A stretch of DNA of 64,000 bases, taken from contig CAXXVO010000012.1 of assembly GCA_963422645.2 (NCBI GenBank), forward strand, positions 96,001 to 160,000, in the 5' to 3' direction. The translations under genes and the position numbers were made by a program. The stretch's first letter is position 1. Each line of letters starts with the position of its first letter. Of the stretch, positions 11,028 through 21,232 are shown in pieces. Source of the stretch: Alphaproteobacteria bacterium. Its GTDB lineage: Bacteria; Pseudomonadota; Alphaproteobacteria; UBA828. The notes beneath the pieces are model-generated. The model was given only the letters and a program-made list of their open reading frames with translations. It was not told the origin of the DNA and did no database searches.

Positions 11028-12456
11028 AACCTATACAGTCAAGCGGGGATCAACGACGCGCCGACGGCGAAACGGCACCGACGGCAAGCAACATCAGCAC
11101 GCACTCAGAACTGGCGGCGGGGTACCTGGGTAGTTACATTCGAAGTACATCGTGCTCTGGGCGATCAACACCATCAGCACCAATCTGCACCATTGGCCCT
11201 TCATCGCGGAGGCCCAGCGCCGCGGCGCCAAGGTGGTCGTGATCGATCCGGTCGCGACGCGCACGGCCAAGCAGGCCGATTGGCACTTGCCCATCACGCC
11301 CGGCACCGATGCCGCGCTGGCGCTCGGCATGATCAACGTGATCATCGCGGAAGACCTGGTCGATCACGACTATGTCGAGAAGTACACGCTGGGCTACGAC
11401 GAGCTGAAGGAGCGCGCGGCGAGCTTCCCGCCGGACGCGGTCGCGGAGATCACCGGGATTGCGGCCGACGACATCCGCACGCTCGCGCGCGAATTCGCCA
11501 CCACACAGCCTTCCGTCATCCGCATGGGGGTCGCCATCGAGCGCAATGCCTCCGGCGGCAACGCCGTGCGCGCCATGTCCTGCATCCCCGCTCTGGTCGG
11601 CTCGTGGCGCCATTGCGGCGGCGGCATCCTGCACATGCCGATCTGGGCGTTCCCGGTGAAATGGGACGACTTGAGCCGGGGCGACTGGATTCGCGAGGGC
11701 ACGCCGGTGGTCAATCAATGGCGGCTCGGTGCGGCGCTGGCGGGCGAGCTCGAGCACAAGGTCAACTCGCTCTTCGTCTACAACTCGAACCCGGTGGTGG
11801 TGGTGCCGGAGCAGGACAAGGTGCTGCAGGGCCTCGCGCGCGAGAATCTTTTCACCGTGGTCAGCGAGCACTTCATCACCGATACCGCGCGCTACGCCGA
11901 CATCGTGCTGCCGGCCACAACGCAGCTCGAGCAGTTCGACGTCATGTTCTCCTGGGGGCACCTCTACCTCACGCTCAACGTGCCGGCGATCGCGCCGCTC
12001 GGCGACTCGGTGCCCAACACCGAGATGTTCCGCCGCCTGGCCCGCGCGATGGGCTTCAACGATCCCTATTGGGATCGGACGGACGAGGAGATGGCGCAGG
12101 ACGCGCTGGACTGGAGCAACCCCGTGCTCGAGGGGATCGATCTCGACGGCCTGCGCAAGACCGGCTACGCCCGCCTCAAGGTCGGCTCGCCGGAGGAGTT
12201 CGTCCCGCACCGCGAGGGCAACTTCCCGACGCCTTCCGGCAAGGTCGAGTTCAAGTCCTCCATGGCCGAGGGCGTCGGCAACATGGTGTTGCCGCTCTTC
12301 CGCCAGGGCCATGCCGCCGATCAGTCGGGCGAGGCGCTGGATCCCTTGCCCAACTTCATGTAACTGCCCAGGTCGTCTGATTTGTCATTTTGGGCCAGTG
12401 GATTGAGGCGTTTCTCGTTCGGAGTTGGTGGAAAGGGCTTGACGGGAATTTCGGGA

Positions 12457-13507
12457 ACCGCTTATGCACATGGCTCCGGTTCGATCAACATGCTGTAGGT
12501 AAGGGGTTTTGCATTGGTGGCGATGCGGAAGAGCGAGCGGAAAGCAGCGTGGCGGGTTTTGCGGCGGTTGAAGCGAAAGGCGAACTCATCGAGATAGGCC
12601 TGCAGATGCTTGCGGCGCAGCCCGTGGTAGACGCCTCGCGCCCATCCTTTGAGGTTGGAGAAGACTTGGTGGATCCACGGCAGGACGAGGTGAGCGGCGG
12701 TCTTCCCGACGACATGGACATTGTGGCGATCGGCGGGGACCGCAGCGTAGCCGGACCAGCCGTCGGTTTTCGCGATGGCGTCGGGATCGGCGGCGGTTTC
12801 GACGAAGTGTCCGAGGTCGGCGGCGCCGTAGGAGGAGATTTCGGCCAGCCGCAGGCGGCCCGGGATGGTTCCATCCCCCAGTTCGATGGCGCCGACGATG
12901 AGCATCTTGCCGTCGTGGCTGCGTCCTTGCCCTCCGGTGGGAGGATCGTCTTTGGTCCGGAATGGAAGGCTGGCCTCGTCGATTTCCACCAGGCCCGACA
13001 ACGGGTTGCGCTCGGGGTCGACCATGCTGGCGCGCAGCTTGTGGGCGAGCAGCCAAGCGCTGCGGTAAGAGCCGATACCGAGCTGTTTCTGGAGCTGCAG
13101 GGCAGAGATGCCGTTGGAGTGGGTCGCCATCAGGTAGGCGGCCCAGAACCAGACGGTGAGCGGCAGCTTGCTGGCGTGCAGGATCGTCCCGGCCGTCACC
13201 GAGGTCTGCCGGCGGCAGCCGGCGCACTCGAAGGTGTGTGCTTTTCTGCGCAGCGCCCATCCCTTTTCATGGCCGCACGCGGGACAGACGAAGCCGTCCG
13301 GCCAGCGCATTTCGATCAGCCAGGCGGCGCAGGCGTCATCGTCCGGGAACATGTGCTGGAAGGCGAGGAGGCTGTCGGCGACCTGTTTCATGTGGTGGCT
13401 CCGTCGGCAGGAACGTATAGGCAACATTCTACCCGTTCTCCCGCCCTAACCTCAACCTCAACATCTGGTGGCAAACTCTCGCGACCGGAGCCATGTGCAT
13501 AAGCGGT
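12457..13507 (-). mobile_element. IS1595-family element
   Basis: 24-bp perfect TIR ACCGCTTATGCACATGGCTCCGGT; 8-bp TSD TTTCGGGA; empty site visible in the IS66 copy at about 37760-37790. Confidence 0.93.
12462..13427 (-). CDS. IS1595 family transposase
   Basis: RWPDGFVCPAC zinc ribbon, VEIDE, TDGW..Y, YLDEFAFRFNRR. True start may be an internal Met near 13391. Confidence 0.92.
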   Translation of the reverse strand: MLPIRSCRRSHHMKQVADSLLAFQHMFPDDDACAAWLIEMRWPDGFVCPACGHEKGWALRRKAHTFECAGCRRQTSVTAGTILHASKLPLTVWFWAAYLMATHSNGISALQLQKQLGIGSYRSAWLLAHKLRASMVDPERNPLSGLVEIDEASLPFRTKDDPPTGGQGRSHDGKMLIVGAIELGDGTIPGRLRLAEISSYGAADLGHFVETAADPDAIAKTDGWSGYAAVPADRHNVHVVGKTAAHLVLPWIHQVFSNLKGWARGVYHGLRRKHLQAYLDEFAFRFNRRKTRHAAFRSLFRIATNAKPLTYSMLIEPEPCA

Positions 13508-13532
13508 TTTCGGGAAATGACTCAACAACGAC

Positions 13533-15039
13533 ATGAGCAATCCCGAGTCGCCGCGCGGCCCTTCGACGGGAGCAGCGCCCGAAACGCCCGCGCAGAAGAT
13601 CGCCCGCCTGGAGGAGGAGAACGCCCGGCTTCGGGAGGAAAATGCCTGGCTTCGGCAGCAGAACGCGCGGCTGGAAGAGCAAGTCGCGCGTCTCGTCGAG
13701 CGCATCGAGGAGTTGGAGCGCCGTCTCGGCCTCAACAGCGGCAACAGCGGCAAGCCGCCTTCGAGCGATGGGCTGAGGAAGCCGAATTCGAAGCGGCGAA
13801 CCCGAAGCCTGCGCGGCAAATCGGGCCGCAAGCCCGGTGGCCAGCCCGGCCACAAGGGCAAGACGCTGCGCCGCGCCGATCACCCGGATCGGGTGAAGGA
13901 TCACGTCCCGGCTTCCTGCAAGGGATGCGGTTCGCCGCTTTCGGACGCGGCCAGGGCGGGAACGCCCGTCGCCCGCCAGGTGTTCGATCTGCCCGAGCCG
14001 AGCCCCCTGGAGGTGACCGAGCACCGGGCGCATGCCAAGTGCTGCGGGCATTGCGGGACGGTGACCCGGGCGGCGTTCCCCGACGGGGTGTCGGCGCCGG
14101 TGCAGTACGGCCCGCGCATTGCCGGGGTGGCGGTCTACCTTCAGCACGCTCACTTCCTGCCGGAGGATCGGCTGTCGCAGGTGATGGCCGAGCTCTTCGG
14201 CGCGCCGGTGACGGCTGCGACGTTGGCGACGATGAGCGAGAGGGCGGCCGAGCGGCTTGCGGGACGCGGCCTTGCACATACAGGACCTGGCGGCGGGCAC
14301 GGCGCGGGTGAAACACATGGACGAGACCGGCTTGCGGATCGGCGGTCAGACGCAGTGGCTTCATGTGATCTGCACGCCGCTGCTGGCGGCGTACCGGGTC
14401 AGCGGCAAGCGCGGCGCCCTGCTCTCGGGTGTCTCCGGCATCGTCGTGCACGATCACTGGAAGCCGTACTTCGCGATGGAAGGGGTGGAGCACGGCCTGT
14501 GCAACGCCCATCACCTGCGGGAGTTGCAGGCGCTGGTGGACATCGAAGGGGAGGCTTGGGCCCGGCGGATGCAGCAGCTCCTGCGCCGAGCCAATCGCGC
14601 CGCCCGCATCGCGCTGGACAAGGATATCGCCGTTCCGGCGAGGCTTGTGGCGCTGATCGAGCGCCGATACGACGAGATCATCGCCGATGCGCTGGCCTTT
14701 CACGAGAGCCAACCACCGTTCTCGCCTGGCAAGAGGAAGAAGCGCCGGAAGCGAAGGATCGGTCACAATCCGGCCTTGAGGCTGCGCGACCACAAATGCG
14801 CGGTGCTCCGGTTCCTGATCGACCTCGAGGTCGGGTTCACGAACAACGAGGCCGAGCGCGACCTTCGGATGATGAAGCTGCGCCAGAAGATCTCCGGGGG
14901 CTTCCGGTCCGCGCAGGGGGCCGAGAACTTCGCCATCCTGCGCAGCGTCATCACCACCGCCAGAAAGCAGGGCTGGAATATCATCGAAGCCCTGACCAGC
15001 CCATCGGATCGGCTCATCGCCACCGTCAAGTGCGCGTAA
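13533..15039 (+). pseudogene. IS66 family transposase, +1 frameshift near 14257
   Basis: GAGCGGCTTGCGG vs GAGCGGCTGCGG in the copy at 36379-37755; split ORFs 13533 and 14257. Confidence 0.85.
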
Positions 15040-15770
15040 GCTCACCTGGCACGGGTTCTCCAACAGCGGAGCCATTCTCATAAACGATCATGGTCGACGC
15101 CGTGCTGGACCACCCCATAGAATGAAAATCGGTGCCCGTCGCGCGGGCGGACTTCGGGCCACATCGGGGTAGCTTACCGGTCGCAGTCCGCAAGAGGGGC
15201 ATCGTGAGCTGTGAAACCCGGCGACCCCAGAGGAGCACACGGGCGTCGCGTGGGTAGCGTTGTGCCGAATCCCAGAGAATTTTCACAGCAAGAACCTGGG
15301 CAGTTACAACTTCATTCCGCGCAATGAATCGGCGGAGACCAGCCCCGAGCTCGCCGCGCGCTACCCGCTCAGCATGCTGTCGCCGAAGCCTCACGCCTTC
15401 CTCAACTCGTCCTTCGCCAACATGCCGACCCAGCTGCACCATGCCGGCGAGCAGTTGGTGATGATCAATCCGGGCGATGCGGGCACCCGCGGCATTGCCG
15501 ACGGCGACACGGTGCGTGTCTACAACGATCGAGGCACCTTCGAGGCGATGGCGCGGGTGAGCGAAGACGCGAGCCCCGGGGTCGTGGTCGCGCCGCTCGG
15601 CTACTGGGCGGAGCGCAGCCCAAACGGCCGCACGGTGAACGCGATCAACCCACCGGCCTTCGCCGACTACGGCAACGCGCCGACCTTCTCAGACACTCTG
15701 GTCGAGATAAGCGCCGCGTAGTCGGGACTGGCGCCTCGACCCGACGCGGTAGTGGCGACCGCCGCGAAGG

Positions 15771-16943
15771 TCAGAGCAACGGGTTGTCGCTTTCCAGGCC
15801 GAGCGCGAGCCGGCCGTAGGTGAGGGCGTTGGGGTCCCAGGTCTGGGTGATGTGGGCCGAGCCCGCGTGGATGTCGCGGAAGGCACGCGAGAGCGGGTTG
15901 CGGTCGTAGACCCCGCCGCCGCCGCTTGCAGCCGTGATCAAATCCACCGCCTGACAGCAGAGCTTGGCGGCGTAGGCCCCTTCGGCCCGGTAGCGGGCGC
16001 GGGCCTCGGCATCCGGTAGCGCGCCGCCCTCGGCGATCGCCGTCGCCTCGTCGCAGTTGCCGAGATAGATGCGCCGCGCGGTCGCCACGGCGGCGCGTGC
16101 CTCGGCGATCTTGACGTGGATGGTGCCGAGCTCGGCGAGCCGCTGGCCCGAATAGTGCGCGGCGCGCGTGCGGGTGGCCTCGACATAGCCCTCCACCGCC
16201 CCCTCGGCGATACCGAGCACCGCGGCGCCGACCCAGGTGAAGAACATGGCGAAGAGCGGCAGCCGATAGACCGCGCCGGTGTTCACCGCGTTGCCGGGTG
16301 CGGCGCCGTGGCGGGTGTCCGATGCGTCGATGGTGCGGTATTCGGGCACGAACACGTCGTCCACAGCCGCGTCGTTGCTGCCGGTGCCGCGCAGGCCCGA
16401 GGCGTGCCAGGTGTCGAGGATGGTATAGTCGTCCTTCGGCACCAGGAAGATGCGGAACTCCTGCGGCTCCTTGTCCGTCACCATGGCGGCGAAGAAATTG
16501 GCGCAGGCGTGGTCGATGCCGCTGCCGAAGGGCCAGCGCCCGTTGAGGCGATAGCCGCCGACCTCCCGCGTCGCCTTGCCGCAGGGGAAGATCAGGTTGC
16601 CCGTGAGCAGCGCGTCCTTGTCCGCGTCCCAAATCTCGCTCTGCGCTCGCTCGGGCCAGAGCGCGAGCTTGAAGGTGCAGCTCGCGAGGTTGCAGTAGAC
16701 CCAGCCGGTGGAGGCGCAACCGCGGGAAAGCAGCGCCACGATCTCCATCATCGTGCGGTAGCCCACCTCGGAGCCGCCGAGACGCGAGGGCAGCGTCGCC
16801 CGTATCAGGCCGCTGTCTACGAGATCGGCGATGGATTCGTCGGGGATGCGCCGCAGGGCCTCGGCCTCCGGCACACGCTCGCGCAGCGCAGGGATCAGCG
16901 CTTCCGCGCGGACGAGAAGCGTCTCCCGGTCGAGCGCCGCCAT
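15771..16943 (-). CDS. Acyl-CoA dehydrogenase-family flavin-dependent monooxygenase (HsaA/HpaH-like)
   Basis: G.W.FGSGIDHA, DTW...GL.GTGS.D, R.FRD.HA...H motifs. Confidence 0.85.
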   Translation of the reverse strand: MAALDRETLLVRAEALIPALRERVPEAEALRRIPDESIADLVDSGLIRATLPSRLGGSEVGYRTMMEIVALLSRGCASTGWVYCNLASCTFKLALWPERAQSEIWDADKDALLTGNLIFPCGKATREVGGYRLNGRWPFGSGIDHACANFFAAMVTDKEPQEFRIFLVPKDDYTILDTWHASGLRGTGSNDAAVDDVFVPEYRTIDASDTRHGAAPGNAVNTGAVYRLPLFAMFFTWVGAAVLGIAEGAVEGYVEATRTRAAHYSGQRLAELGTIHVKIAEARAAVATARRIYLGNCDEATAIAEGGALPDAEARARYRAEGAYAAKLCCQAVDLITAASGGGGVYDRNPLSRAFRDIHAGSAHITQTWDPNALTYGRLALGLESDNPLL

Positions 16944-16958
16944 CGCGCTTCGGCGGGG

Positions 16959-18233
16959 CTACTCGGCTGCGGCCTGCTGCACGACCCTCTGCCGCGCCTG
17001 GGGCGGCTTGTGATAGGCGCCGTCCTTCATGACCATGAGGATGTTCGCTTCGTCCTGGAAGAGCGTCAGGTCGGCGAGGGGGTTGCCGTCGATCAGCAGC
17101 AGGTCGGCGAGGCAGCCGGGCTTGATCCGGCCCAGCTCGTCCGGCGCAGCGAAGGCCTGGGCGCCGTAGTGGGTGGCAGCGCGCAGGATCTCGTAGGGCT
17201 TCATGCCGAGGTAGTTGGTGAAGTGCTCGAAGTCCCGCGCCATCTGGCCGTGGGGCGTCCAGGGGAAGCCGTAGTCGCCGAAGGGCAGCACCTTGATCCC
17301 GCGGGCGTGCATCTTCTTCAGCGTCTGGGCCCCGATCTCGAGCTCGCGGAGGAAGCCCCAGGACTCGGCCTCCTCAGGCGAGATGCCGAAATCGCCGGCC
17401 TCGTAGGCGGTCGCGTGGGTGAAGCCGATGGCCGGCACCACCCAGTGCTTGTCCTTGTGCTCCTCCAGCAGGTCGAGGGATTCCTCGTCCGCGTAGGTCG
17501 CGTGATAGATCAGCTCGATCCCGTACTTGACGCAGAGCCGGATCGATTCCGGGTTGCGCGCGTGCGCGGCGAGCCGGCGGCCCCGCTGGTGCGCCACGCG
17601 AGCGCCGGCGGCGATCTCGTCCTCGTCCATCGCGCTCTGGGTGGCATCGCAGGCGCCCGGAATCAGGTGATCGCCCGACGGCATGAGCTTGATGATGTCC
17701 ACGCCTTCGCGGACCAGCATGCGGCAGGCCTGGCGGATCTCCTCGGTCCCGTCGGCCAAGAGCGAGAGGTCGTTCTTGTAGTAGTGCAGCATGCGCTGGT
17801 CGCCGAGGCCGCCGGTGACCGTGATCTCCGGCGAGCACGCGCGGTAGCGTGGGCCGGGGATGCGGCCTGCGTCGATCTCGTTCCGGATCACGACATCGAG
17901 GCGGGTCTTCGCCGCGCCCGCGCCCACCGCCGCCGTCACGCCGTGGTCGATGATCGTCCTGGCGTTGTGCATGGTGATGAGCGTGTGTTCCTCGGGCGGA
18001 ATCTCGGACATCGATTGCGGTCCGGTGTAGCTCATGTGGCAGTGCGCGTTGACGAGGCCCGGCATCAGCGTCGCGCCCTCGCCGTCCACCACCGCAGCGC
18101 CCCGCCGCGACAGCTTCTGGCCGTTCCTCGCGACCTTCTCGATGCGGTTGCCCTGAATCGACACCTCGCCCCGATAGGGCCTCTTGCCGGTGCCGTCATA
18201 GATGCTGATGTTGGTGAAGACGGTGCGCGCCAT
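16959..18233 (-). CDS. Metal-dependent amidohydrolase (Xaa-Pro dipeptidase-like)
   Basis: PGLVNAHCH, GVDIIKL, AAHA, G.I.PG.LADLL..DGNP. Start MARTVF after GAGGGAGGAAGG RBS. Confidence 0.87.
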   Translation of the reverse strand: MARTVFTNISIYDGTGKRPYRGEVSIQGNRIEKVARNGQKLSRRGAAVVDGEGATLMPGLVNAHCHMSYTGPQSMSEIPPEEHTLITMHNARTIIDHGVTAAVGAGAAKTRLDVVIRNEIDAGRIPGPRYRACSPEITVTGGLGDQRMLHYYKNDLSLLADGTEEIRQACRMLVREGVDIIKLMPSGDHLIPGACDATQSAMDEDEIAAGARVAHQRGRRLAAHARNPESIRLCVKYGIELIYHATYADEESLDLLEEHKDKHWVVPAIGFTHATAYEAGDFGISPEEAESWGFLRELEIGAQTLKKMHARGIKVLPFGDYGFPWTPHGQMARDFEHFTNYLGMKPYEILRAATHYGAQAFAAPDELGRIKPGCLADLLLIDGNPLADLTLFQDEANILMVMKDGAYHKPPQARQRVVQQAAAE

Positions 18234-18331
18234 GTCCCCTTCCTCCCTGAGTACCATGATCGCAGAATCTCTTATGCTCGCGCGAAGCCGCGCGCCCGTC
18301 AATGAACGCGAGGCGCTCGCACACCGGGGGC

Positions 18332-18361
18332 TTGACGGGTGCCGCCAAGGGGCGCCATATC
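18332..18361 (+). promoter_or_regulatory. Putative sigma70 promoter for the sox cluster
   Basis: TTGACG-N18-CATATC upstream of soxY. Confidence 0.4.
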
Positions 18362-18395
18362 GTCTGTGACCCCGCGAGCGGGAGAAGGCTGCACG

Positions 18396-18815
18396 ATGGC
18401 TCCGACACGCAGGGATGTCTTGCTGCTCAGCGCCTCCGCCACCGCGGTTGCGCTCCTTCCTGCCGGTGCGGCCGAAGCCTCGAAGGGCGTCTGGCAGGCC
18501 ATCGACGAATTCACGGGCGGCGCGCTGCGCCTGGAAGGCGGCGTGCTGCTCGATGCGCCGGAGATCTTCGACAACGGCGGCGCCGTGCCGATCCGGGTCG
18601 TGGCCGAGGGCGCTCGGCGCATCGCGCTCTTCAACGACGGCAACCCGAATCCCGGCGTCGCGGTCTTCACGTTCGGGAGGCTGGTGACGCCGGAAGCCAC
18701 CATCCGCATCCGGCTGGCCCAGAGCCAGACCGTCTATGCGGTGGCGGAGATGGAGGACGGCACGTTCTACCAGGCCACCCAGAAGATCGCGGTGACGGTC
18801 GGCGGCTGCGGCTGA
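18396..18815 (+). CDS. soxY: Sulfur carrier protein SoxY
   Basis: Tat signal (TRRDVLL), C-terminal VTVGGCG swinging arm. Confidence 0.93.
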   Translation: MAPTRRDVLLLSASATAVALLPAGAAEASKGVWQAIDEFTGGALRLEGGVLLDAPEIFDNGGAVPIRVVAEGARRIALFNDGNPNPGVAVFTFGRLVTPEATIRIRLAQSQTVYAVAEMEDGTFYQATQKIAVTVGGCG

Positions 18816-18825
18816 GGAGCGGGCA

Positions 18826-19152
18826 ATGGCTGAACCCACGCCGCGCGTGAAGCTGCCGAGGTCGATCGAGCCGGGCGTCCCCTTCACGATCAAGACCCGG
18901 ATCACCCATCCGATGCACACCGGCGAGCGCCACGACAGCGAGGGCGCGCTCGTGCCCCGCCGGATCATCAACCGCTTCGTGGTGAGCTACAACGGCGAGG
19001 TGGCGATTTCCGTCAACCTGGAGCCGGCGGTCTCGGCCGATCCCTACATTCAATTCGAGATGGCGGTCCCGGGCTCGGGCCTTCTGGAGTTCCGGTGGTT
19101 CGACGATGACGGCTCGGTCTACAGCCTTCAAAAGCGGATCGACCTCGGCTAG
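18826..19152 (+). CDS. soxZ: Sulfur compound chelating protein SoxZ
   Basis: I.HPM.TG.R.D..G..VP, AVSADPY.F, W.DDDG motifs. Confidence 0.93.
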   Translation: MAEPTPRVKLPRSIEPGVPFTIKTRITHPMHTGERHDSEGALVPRRIINRFVVSYNGEVAISVNLEPAVSADPYIQFEMAVPGSGLLEFRWFDDDGSVYSLQKRIDLG

Positions 19153-19159
19153 GGCCACC

Positions 19160-19900
19160 GTGGGACACCGGCCGTGGAGCGCTGGTGTTGCGGCGTGTCT
19201 CGCCTCCGGGCTGCTCGCCGTGGCACTTCTGCTGGTACTCCCCGCCGCCGACGCATGGGGAAGCGACGCCGAGCGCGGCAAGGCGCTCTTCGGCCAATGC
19301 AAGCGCTGCCATCAGGTGGGCAGCGGCGCGGAACACCGGATCGGCCCGCACCTCAACGATGTCTTCGGCCGCGCGGCCGGCGCGCTCGCGGACTATCGCT
19401 ACTCCAAGGCGATGCAGGAAGCCGGCGCCGGCGGCCTGGTCTGGAGCGAGACGGCGCTCGATGCGTTCCTCGCCGACCCGCCCGCTCTCGTGCCGCGCTC
19501 GCGCATGAGTTTTGGGGGCATGGAAGGAGCGGAGGACAGGGCGGACCTCCTGGCGTGGCTGCGCGGCTTTTCGGGTGCCCACACCGATTCCTCACCGGCG
19601 GAGCCCACCGCCACGCCCGAGGAATACGGCCTCGACCCGCAGATCCTCGCCATCGAGGGAGACCCCGAATACGGCGCCTATCTCGCAGGCGAATGCATCA
19701 CCTGCCACCAGGTAGACGGCGCCGCCGAGGGCATCCCATCGATAACCGGATGGCCGCTCGATGACTTCGTGATAGCCTTGCAAGCGTACAGGCACGGAAA
19801 GAGGGAGCATCCCGTCATGCAGATGGTGGCCGGACGCCTCTCGGACGAGGAGATCGCTGCCCTCGCCGCGCATTTCCACAGGGCGGAAGACAGCCCGTGA
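19160..19900 (+). CDS. Diheme c-type cytochrome (SoxE-like)
   Basis: Signal peptide, CKRCH and CITCH heme motifs, upstream of a flavocytochrome c flavoprotein; start approximate. Confidence 0.85.
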   Translation: MGHRPWSAGVAACLASGLLAVALLLVLPAADAWGSDAERGKALFGQCKRCHQVGSGAEHRIGPHLNDVFGRAAGALADYRYSKAMQEAGAGGLVWSETALDAFLADPPALVPRSRMSFGGMEGAEDRADLLAWLRGFSGAHTDSSPAEPTATPEEYGLDPQILAIEGDPEYGAYLAGECITCHQVDGAAEGIPSITGWPLDDFVIALQAYRHGKREHPVMQMVAGRLSDEEIAALAAHFHRAEDSP

Positions 19901-21213
19901 GCCAGGGGAACCACGTCATGAGCAAAGCGAAGGGAAAGAAGGGCTTGAACCGGCGCCACTTCCTTGCATCTGCAGCTGCGGCGACCGCGGCGGTTTCGGC
20001 ACTGTCGGCGCCCACGGTGCTCGCGCAGGGCCGCCCGCGCGTCGTGGTCGTCGGCGGCGGCGCAGGCGGTGCGACGGCGGCACGCTACATCGCCAAGGAT
20101 TCCAAGGGTGCGATAGACGTGACGCTCGTGGAACCGAGCCGCGCCTACTACTCCTGCTTCTTCTCGAACCTCTATATCGGCGGCTTTCGCGAGTTCGCGT
20201 CGATCGGGCACAGCTACGGCGCGCTGGCCGCAAATCACGGGATCAACGTCGTGCACGACTGGGCGGTCTCCATCGACCGCGACGCGCGGAGCGTGGGGCT
20301 CGCGGGCGGGGGCAGCCTCGCCTACGACCGCCTCGTGCTCTCGCCGGGCATCGACTTCCGCGCTGGCTCCGTTCCCGGATGGGACCTGTCGCAGCAGAAC
20401 CGCATGCCGCACGCCTACAAGGCCGGCTCGCAGACCCAGCTCCTCAAGGCGCAGATCGAGGCCATGCCCGAAGGCGGCACCTATTGCATGGTCGCACCGC
20501 CGAACCCCTTCCGCTGCCCGCCGGGGCCCTACGAGCGGATCTCGATGGTGGCCCACGTTCTGAAGCAGTCCAATCCGACGGCGAAGATCATCATCGTCGA
20601 CCCCAAGGAGAAGTTCTCCAAGCAGGGGTTGTTCGAGGAAGGCTGGCAGCGCCACTACCCCGGCATGGTCGAGCGCATCGGCCCGGACTTCGGCGGCGAC
20701 AAGGTCGAGGTGCGGCCCGAGGCCATGGAGGTGGTGGTGGACGGCGAGGCGATGAAGGTGGATGTCTGCAACGTCATCCCCGGGCAGCAGGCGGGGCGCA
20801 TCGCGGCCATCGCGGGCATCACCAACGAAGCCGGCTGGGCGCCGATCGTGCCGCACACCATGCAGAGCCGGGCGGACGAGAACATCCACGTGCTGGGCGA
20901 CGCGGCGCACCAGGGCGACATGCCGAAGTCGGGCTTCTCGGCCAACAGCCAGGCGAAGGCCTGCGCCATGGCGGTGCGCGGGGCGCTTACCGAGTCCTCG
21001 GTGTTCCCGGCGCGCTTCTCCAACACCTGCTGGTCGCTCATCGCCACCGATGACGGCGTCAAGGTCGGCGCCACCTACGAAGCGACCGACGAGAAGATCG
21101 CCAAGACCGACGGCTTCATTTCCAAGACCGGGGAAAGCGCGGAGCTGCGCAAGGCGACCTACGAGGAATCGCTCGGCTGGTACGCCGCCATTTCCGGCGA
21201 CATGTTCAGCTGA
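19897..21213 (+). CDS. soxF: Flavocytochrome c sulfide dehydrogenase flavoprotein subunit
   Basis: Tat signal, GGGAGG, SCFFSN, CPPGPYER, MPKSGFSANSQ, NTCWS. Confidence 0.9.
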   Translation: MSQGNHVMSKAKGKKGLNRRHFLASAAAATAAVSALSAPTVLAQGRPRVVVVGGGAGGATAARYIAKDSKGAIDVTLVEPSRAYYSCFFSNLYIGGFREFASIGHSYGALAANHGINVVHDWAVSIDRDARSVGLAGGGSLAYDRLVLSPGIDFRAGSVPGWDLSQQNRMPHAYKAGSQTQLLKAQIEAMPEGGTYCMVAPPNPFRCPPGPYERISMVAHVLKQSNPTAKIIIVDPKEKFSKQGLFEEGWQRHYPGMVERIGPDFGGDKVEVRPEAMEVVVDGEAMKVDVCNVIPGQQAGRIAAIAGITNEAGWAPIVPHTMQSRADENIHVLGDAAHQGDMPKSGFSANSQAKACAMAVRGALTESSVFPARFSNTCWSLIATDDGVKVGATYEATDEKIAKTDGFISKTGESAELRKATYEESLGWYAAISGDMFS

Positions 21214-21232
21214 TCGTCTTGACGACGCCGCT

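Larger units (their letters stand above)
6249..11137 (-). mobile_element. IS66-family (single-transposase type) element carrying a DNA methyltransferase passenger gene; interrupted by another IS at 8605-11027
   Basis: TIRs GTAACTGCCCAGGT (6249) and rc GTAACTACCCAGGT (ends 11137), 13/14 match. No TSD (GACAATCT vs ATTCGAAG). Reconstituted length about 2.46 kb. Confidence 0.85.
12360..15307 (+). mobile_element. IS66-family element (second type) with nested IS1595
   Basis: TIRs GTAACTGCCCAGGT / ACCTGGGCAGTTAC; 8-bp TSD AACTTCAT (12352-12359, 15308-15315). Confidence 0.93.
11138..15721 (+). pseudogene. Molybdopterin-dependent oxidoreductase (DMSO reductase family); N-terminus missing and interrupted by IS66 (12360-15307)
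   Basis: VVIDP..T.TA..AD, PGTDAALALG, TDTARYADIVLPA, FPTPSGKVEF. The C-terminal molydopterin-binding domain resumes at 15316 (LNSSF..INP.DA..RGI.DGD.V). Confidence 0.88.

Noticed and set aside
14250-14265. Programmed frameshift in the IS66 transposase
   Set aside because: No slippery sequence, and the sister copy is continuous; a simple 1-bp insertion or sequencing error.
16116-18971. 729-aa plus-strand ORF and the N-terminal extension of the 670-aa ORF
   Set aside because: Antisense to the monooxygenase/amidohydrolase and to soxYZ respectively.
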